A DNA stretch of 64,000 bases from the NCBI GenBank assembly GCA_963674735.2, contig CAXXQS010000001.1, forward strand, positions 1,216,001 to 1,280,000. The letters run 5' to 3'. Under the pieces are notes generated by a model, which did not search any database, was not told the origin of the DNA, and saw nothing but the letters and a program-made list of their open reading frames with translations. Source of the DNA: Myxococcota bacterium. GTDB lineage: Bacteria > Myxococcota_A > SURF-8. Positions 58,878-64,000 of the stretch are shown here, in pieces (position 1 is the first letter of the stretch; each line of letters opens with the position of its first letter). A program made the translations under genes and the position numbers.

Positions 58878-59909
58878 TTGTGCAAAAGAATCGTGGTTTC
58901 GATGAAAGCTCTAACTAACCGACTGATCTTGTTTGGAAAAATTGCGAAACGGATGCGCTTTGCCGTTTCTGCGCAGTCCAATGCGGGGTTATCCTACATC
59001 CCGATCGAGCAACAGACGGACCCCAATGCGGACAACCTGCACATGGAGGACATCGAGAGTGCGTTGTTGAGCAGCAGCGTTTACAAAAACGCCAGCATCG
59101 GTCATCGAGAGTATATCGCTAAAGCGGTTTCTCGTTATGGTCGGATTTTGCAGGATATGCGGAAAAGTGGCCAGGCATTCAGTGGACCGACGCTGGATGT
59201 CGCGTCCGGTTACGGAATAATGTATCCGCTCTTCAAACGATATTTCCCCTCGATGTTGCCTTACCGCATCGCAGAATTGTTTGAAAACAGCGATCTGGAA
59301 ATAGACGAGGAACTAATTCCCTGTTTAAAATACGAATGCGAGCGAGATCGACTGCCGCTTGATGATGAAAGCTTGGGAGTGGTTGTGTTTTGCGATACGC
59401 TCGAACACCTGATCGTTGATCCTATGCACACCCTGATTGAGTTTAACCGTGTGCTTCGAGACGGCGGACATGTGGTTTTATCCACACCCAACGCTGCGGC
59501 GATTCAACGAGTCCGCGCCATTCTGGACGGGCGTAATCCGGCGACAGAGACCGCTTACAAGCCATGTGCCATTTATCAGCGGCACAACCGAGAATGGACA
59601 CCTGATGAGGTGGCGCGTGTGATGGAACTTTGTGGGTTTGGCGAAGTACATATCGGAACGGGTGTGGTGGAATCCGTGCCAGCCGCCCACCTTATGCGAG
59701 CAATGGGCAAGGTTCTAGGAATTCCTATGAAACCACTCAGTTATTTCGGCCCTGAGATTGTTTGTGTCGCACGCAAAACCGAGCATCTGCCACCGGTTGA
59801 GGAATGGCCGAAAGAGCGCCGCTGGCCGGAGTGGCTGTACACGAAACACGACACTTTCCGGAAACGCCCGAAAGTCTTCCCTATCAATGTGAGTGATGAT
59901 TTCTACTGA
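58878..59909 (+). CDS. Class I SAM-dependent methyltransferase; start uncertain
   Basis: TLDVASGYG; LPLDDES; DTLEHL; RVLRDGGHVVLSTPN; HNREWT. Confidence 0.85.
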   Translation: MCKRIVVSMKALTNRLILFGKIAKRMRFAVSAQSNAGLSYIPIEQQTDPNADNLHMEDIESALLSSSVYKNASIGHREYIAKAVSRYGRILQDMRKSGQAFSGPTLDVASGYGIMYPLFKRYFPSMLPYRIAELFENSDLEIDEELIPCLKYECERDRLPLDDESLGVVVFCDTLEHLIVDPMHTLIEFNRVLRDGGHVVLSTPNAAAIQRVRAILDGRNPATETAYKPCAIYQRHNREWTPDEVARVMELCGFGEVHIGTGVVESVPAAHLMRAMGKVLGIPMKPLSYFGPEIVCVARKTEHLPPVEEWPKERRWPEWLYTKHDTFRKRPKVFPINVSDDFY

Positions 59910-59959
59910 TTAGGAGCGCTTGGTCTCTACTCTAACCTTTGGGGGGGCTTGAATGTGCT

Positions 59960-60667
59960 CTAGCGTGCACGACCACGGCGGATACGCAGCCAAATCAGGA
60001 GCAGGCCGCCGATGATAACAACCCCGAGCTGTTCATATCGGCTGCTGAGACTGAGTGACTGGCAGTTCGCCACTCCACCTTCGACATAAGATGCCGGGTC
60101 GGAGATGCAACTTTGATCCAGGCAAATTTCAAATGACATGCAATCCGAGTCCAACGTGCAGAGTTCGGGGGCACACTTGCCGTCTTCACGGCAGATGAAG
60201 TCGTTGAAAATGCAATCAGAGTTCGTTTCGCAAAACTCGGGTACGCAATAGCCTTCGGGACGACAGAGATACCCGTCTCCACATTCATTGTCACTTTCGC
60301 AACCGGCATTGGTTGAGACACCTTCGCTGTCGCCGTCTTCGCTGTCGCCGTCCTCGCTGGCTTCACTTCCCTCAAGATCGATGTCACCATCTACTGTGAG
60401 TTGGTTGCAGAGGATACAGGCTTGCGCTTGATACGGATGGCAGCAGTAAACGTCCGGGCAATCGTAATCCGACGTGCAGTCCATATCGATATTGATTTCG
60501 CAGACGAGGCATAAACTGTCCTGACAGCACTCGCCAACTGAACAGTCCGTGTTGTCCGTGCAGGAACCCGCTTTTACGTCCGTCAGCCCAAGCGCAGGCC
60601 AAAGAAACAGGAACAAAGCGGCAAAATATACGACCAAAGGAACACGTTCCAGTTTATAACGGATCAT
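59960..60667 (-). CDS. Small secreted Cys-rich protein with a C-terminal sorting-signal-like tail
   Basis: Signal peptide; C-x-x-D/N-x-DC repeats; EDGDSEDGDS linker; tail GGVANC...GVVIIGGLLLIWL-RIRRGRAR. Confidence 0.8.
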   Translation of the reverse strand: MIRYKLERVPLVVYFAALFLFLWPALGLTDVKAGSCTDNTDCSVGECCQDSLCLVCEINIDMDCTSDYDCPDVYCCHPYQAQACILCNQLTVDGDIDLEGSEASEDGDSEDGDSEGVSTNAGCESDNECGDGYLCRPEGYCVPEFCETNSDCIFNDFICREDGKCAPELCTLDSDCMSFEICLDQSCISDPASYVEGGVANCQSLSLSSRYEQLGVVIIGGLLLIWLRIRRGRAR

Positions 60668-60908
60668 GGGTGCTACCTTAACAGTGGAACATCGAAAAGA
60701 TCGGCCAAAGCTTATCGACGTCGGCGGGCAAAGTCAAGCCTTTCCCGCATAACCCGACAACCGAGGTCGTGTAAGAGCTTCTGGTTGATTGTGCGGATCG
60801 CTTGATCTTGACGATCCAAACGAAATTCTTGGACGAATTTATATTGCTAACCTGTCTGTCCTTTGCTACGAAATAGGTTAGAGACTATGAGAACGTGAGG
60901 AGGATAGA

Positions 60909-62702
60909 ATGGCAATCGATGAGCGCATTCAAGAGGCGGTAACGGCAGGAAAGCTTTCCGAGACGGCAGCGTACAACCTGTCACGCTGGATGACGGAAGC
61001 GCGATTCGTCGAATATCGCGATACGTTGGAAAGTTGGATCACCGAAAATCGATGGAGCGACTTAAACGAAGCATTCTACCAGTTGATTCCTTTCGGAACC
61101 GGTGGACGCCGTGGGCCGGTGGGGCTTGGCACCAACCGTATGAACCGTATGACCATCGCGGAATCCGTTCAGGGAGTCGCCAACAAACTTCGGAAAACCG
61201 TTATCGGAAGGCGGCCGAAAGTGGTGGTGGCCTATGATACGCGCACGACATCCGCCGAATTTACACTCGAAAGCGCTTGTGTGCTGGCGGGCAATGATAT
61301 TGAGGTTTACCTCTTCGACGGTCCGCGTTCGACTCCGGAGTTGTCGTTTATGATTAACGATCTGAGTTGCGATGCCGGAGTTGTCATCTCGGCCAGTCAC
61401 AATCCTCCCGAAGACAATGGTTTCAAGGCCTACTGGACGGACGGGGGGCAAGTGGTTCCGCCGATGGATGCCGAGTTGATCGAAGAAGTGAAAAACGTAA
61501 GCGAAATCCGCAAGATTTCATTTGAACAAGCATACGGTGAGGGACTGATTCACCGCTTGGGTGCCGCAGATGATGCACGTTACATCGACGCGTTGCTCAA
61601 GCAGAGTCTGTCCGACAAACGGGATGTGCGTATCGTGTTCTCTCCTCTGCATGGTACCGGACTGACTTCGGTTTTACCATTGATGAAGCAGGCCGGATTC
61701 ACCGATGTCCACTTGGTCGAGAGCCAGAAGGATCCCGATGGGCGTTTTCCCAATGTGCCGAACCATAAACCCAACCCGGAAGTGACGACCGGGCTGGATG
61801 CGTCGATTGCATTGGCCAAAGCCATTGACGCGGATATCGTTATGGTCACCGATCCCGATGCCGATCGGCTTGGATGTGCGGTGAAGGGACGAACTCCGGG
61901 CGAATATACGTTGTTGACCGGCAATCAATGTGCGGCATTGATGATGGAATTCATCGGTTCGAAGATGCAGGCGGCTGGTACTTTGCGCCCGGAACTGCGG
62001 GTTTATTCCACTTGCGTTTCGTCGCCGTTGATGCCCACGATTGCACGGACATACGGCTGTGACGTCAAAGACGATCTGCTGGTAGGCTTCAAATGGGTGG
62101 CCGAGCAGATTAAATTGCAAGGGGATCCCAACGATTTCCTATTTGGATCAGAGGAATCGATCGGGTTTATGAAGGGGTCGCAAACTCGCGACAAAGACGG
62201 AGCAATGGGAGCCTTGATGTTTTCCGAATTGGCGGCTGAGGCAAAGGCGGATGGGCTGACGGTTCTGGACGTGCTCGATAATATCTACAAAAAGTACGGT
62301 TATTTTTGCGATACCGGTATTGCCGTTTTCCTGGAGGGTGCCTCGGGGGCCGAGCGTATGGGACGCATCATGGAGGCATTGCGCCAAACTCCACCATCCG
62401 AAATCGCCGGTCATGCGGTTGTCCAGGTGGTTGATCGAGCCGACAATACCATTAAAAACGCTCAGGGAAAAGTCATTGATAAAGTGTCGGGGCCAACCAG
62501 TAATCTGTTGATTTTCCGTTTGCGTGAGGACGCGAAGAGCTGGATTGCGATCCGTCCCTCCGGAACCGAACCGAAGATCAAATTCTACTTCAGTCTTTAC
62601 GCGGAGGTCGGGGCTGATTTGGCGACCTTGAAGGATTCGCAAACCGGCGAATTAAAAAGACTTGCGTCCGCCGTTCGAGAACTGGCCTTGGCGATCGATT
62701 GA
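60909..62702 (+). CDS. pgm: Phospho-sugar mutase (phosphoglucomutase/phosphomannomutase)
   Basis: FGTGGRRG, ISASHNP, DPDADRL, GSEESIG, RPSGTEPKIKFY. Confidence 0.93.
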   Translation: MAIDERIQEAVTAGKLSETAAYNLSRWMTEARFVEYRDTLESWITENRWSDLNEAFYQLIPFGTGGRRGPVGLGTNRMNRMTIAESVQGVANKLRKTVIGRRPKVVVAYDTRTTSAEFTLESACVLAGNDIEVYLFDGPRSTPELSFMINDLSCDAGVVISASHNPPEDNGFKAYWTDGGQVVPPMDAELIEEVKNVSEIRKISFEQAYGEGLIHRLGAADDARYIDALLKQSLSDKRDVRIVFSPLHGTGLTSVLPLMKQAGFTDVHLVESQKDPDGRFPNVPNHKPNPEVTTGLDASIALAKAIDADIVMVTDPDADRLGCAVKGRTPGEYTLLTGNQCAALMMEFIGSKMQAAGTLRPELRVYSTCVSSPLMPTIARTYGCDVKDDLLVGFKWVAEQIKLQGDPNDFLFGSEESIGFMKGSQTRDKDGAMGALMFSELAAEAKADGLTVLDVLDNIYKKYGYFCDTGIAVFLEGASGAERMGRIMEALRQTPPSEIAGHAVVQVVDRADNTIKNAQGKVIDKVSGPTSNLLIFRLREDAKSWIAIRPSGTEPKIKFYFSLYAEVGADLATLKDSQTGELKRLASAVRELALAID

Positions 62703-62764
62703 TGCTTGCAGCCTGTCGAGGATCATCGACTTTCGACTGCTGTAACAACCTGAAATGTTAGGTG

Positions 62765-62817
62765 AAAAAGACCCGCCCCCACCTGCAAGACAGCTCGCAG
62801 GAAGGGGCGAGTTTTTA
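62765..62817. terminator. Bidirectional terminator-like hairpin between convergent genes
   Basis: AAAAAGACCCGCCCC...GGGGCGAGTTTTT. Confidence 0.6.
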
Positions 62818-62835
62818 TTGGAACGGTGTTTGGAC

Positions 62836-63999
62836 CTAATCTTCCAGATACTCTCCGTTAAACCAACCTAGGGATTCCATGGCATCCCAGGCCGCCGGTC
62901 CACCGGGCAACCCCGGCCCCATCAATAGTTCGTATTCGATAAGGCGATTGGTTGGATCGGCGGCGATATCGTCGGGGTCTATCAAATAACCCAGTTCATC
63001 ATTTCCCAATCCGACAATAAAGCTTGTCGGACTCACCATGCGATCCCGAAGTTTGAGTGAATAGGTGGGTGAGCCTTCTCCGGGGAAACTGGCGAATTCG
63101 GCTGGCCCCAGTTTGTGCCAAGAAACCTCGAGTTCATCGGCAATCACGCTGTCTCCTTCGCGAGTGAAGGAACGTTTGGGCATGTCAAAGTATTTCAGCG
63201 CGTCGAGAATGTATCCACCCTCTACTTTGCAGGGGTAAACTTTATGACGGTGACGGATGTCGAACTGGTCCGCCTCGACGAGCTCTTCCTGAATAGCCAG
63301 TGCGGTTTCCGCAATGATTCCACCGAGATTGTAGGCTTTCTCATAATCGTCGGCTCCGGTGGCTTCTCCGCTTCTCGGGCCTCCGTGAACGGCGGCGCAG
63401 AAGCCTTGAATAAACAAGCCTTCTCCACCGGTCAAGGCTTTGATCTCCGAACGGAAACCGTAGACAAAATCAGCCGAAGCAAGATTATCGTTCCAAGGGA
63501 GCTGAGTCGGGTGTTTGGCATAATTGGCCGTGGTAAGCAAAATATCGCCATTTAAATCTTGGACCTGCAAGACGGCCATCTCGTTGTCGACAACGCCACT
63601 GCAGCAGCCGTCATCGCGACCGGTGAATCCGACCAATTCGGTCATTCCGAAAAGGAGCTTGGCCTCCGTCAGTGAGTCGGCGGCTGTTACCGCCGCCTCG
63701 ACGATTCCGTCGGAAACGAATTCCAGTAAGTCGACGGAGACACCCTCGCCGAGATCCTGCCAAAAGCCGAGAAGATCCGTGGATGTATGGCTGTGGGTGG
63801 AACTGATCAGGATATCGAAGGGAGAGAGAGGCACGATTTCTTCCAAAGCGGCGCTGATGCGTTGACGCACCTCGCGGATGCCAGGTCCGCCATCGGGGCC
63901 GAACTCGTAAAAATAGCCCGCCGCGTCCACTCCGATCAGCATGAAGGCTTGTCCTGCGTCATTGACGAAAAGGGCGACCTGAGCCATCAGGGGATCGTG
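62836..63999 (-). CDS. Neutral/alkaline ceramidase-like metallohydrolase; 5' end lies beyond the window
   Basis: Open to the window edge (HDPLMAQV); ISSTHSHTS, NYAKHPT, SADF, FPGE, GLGNDELGY. Confidence 0.75.
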   Translation of the reverse strand, partial: HDPLMAQVALFVNDAGQAFMLIGVDAAGYFYEFGPDGGPGIREVRQRISAALEEIVPLSPFDILISSTHSHTSTDLLGFWQDLGEGVSVDLLEFVSDGIVEAAVTAADSLTEAKLLFGMTELVGFTGRDDGCCSGVVDNEMAVLQVQDLNGDILLTTANYAKHPTQLPWNDNLASADFVYGFRSEIKALTGGEGLFIQGFCAAVHGGPRSGEATGADDYEKAYNLGGIIAETALAIQEELVEADQFDIRHRHKVYPCKVEGGYILDALKYFDMPKRSFTREGDSVIADELEVSWHKLGPAEFASFPGEGSPTYSLKLRDRMVSPTSFIVGLGNDELGYLIDPDDIAADPTNRLIEYELLMGPGLPGGPAAWDAMESLGWFNGEYLED

Positions 64000-64000
64000 T

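Overview
Gene-dense bacterial chromosomal window, roughly 50-55% GC by eye. The gene content suggests a Myxococcota-like or other former-deltaproteobacterial lineage: MYXO-CTERM-like tails, Cys-rich surface proteins, Cys-rich PAS kinases and an HDOD protein. It holds about 38 CDS, one tRNA-Leu(TAA), several intrinsic terminators and recognisable promoters. I found no integrase, transposase, reverse transcriptase or CRISPR array. Main blocks: (1) 6.6-14.8 kb glutamate dehydrogenase locus, with a sigma-54 promoter and paired upstream palindromes driving a small twin-Cys-motif protein plus gdhA, a cytoplasmic kinase/sigma-54 activator pair downstream, and a divergent 982-aa protein fusing receiver-like domains to a PEP-synthase-type ATP-grasp domain and a C-terminal His motif; (2) 31-48.6 kb surface block with a giant Cys-rich FGE-domain lipoprotein, an active plus pseudo-enzyme DUF3857/transglutaminase-TPR pair, and a protein with 14 x 168-bp repeats and a C-terminal sorting signal; (3) a TolC-MFP-RND operon with PII-like and DUF2892 accessory genes; (4) divergent DEAD-box/RRM genes with long leaders, an atypical PEPCK-like protein and a CorA with GTN instead of GMN. 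The best candidates for an undescribed system are the dikinase-like/GDH regulatory module and the DUF3857 pair with its Cys-rich, DGD-linker surface proteins. All family calls come from motif recognition by eye; no database search was run.
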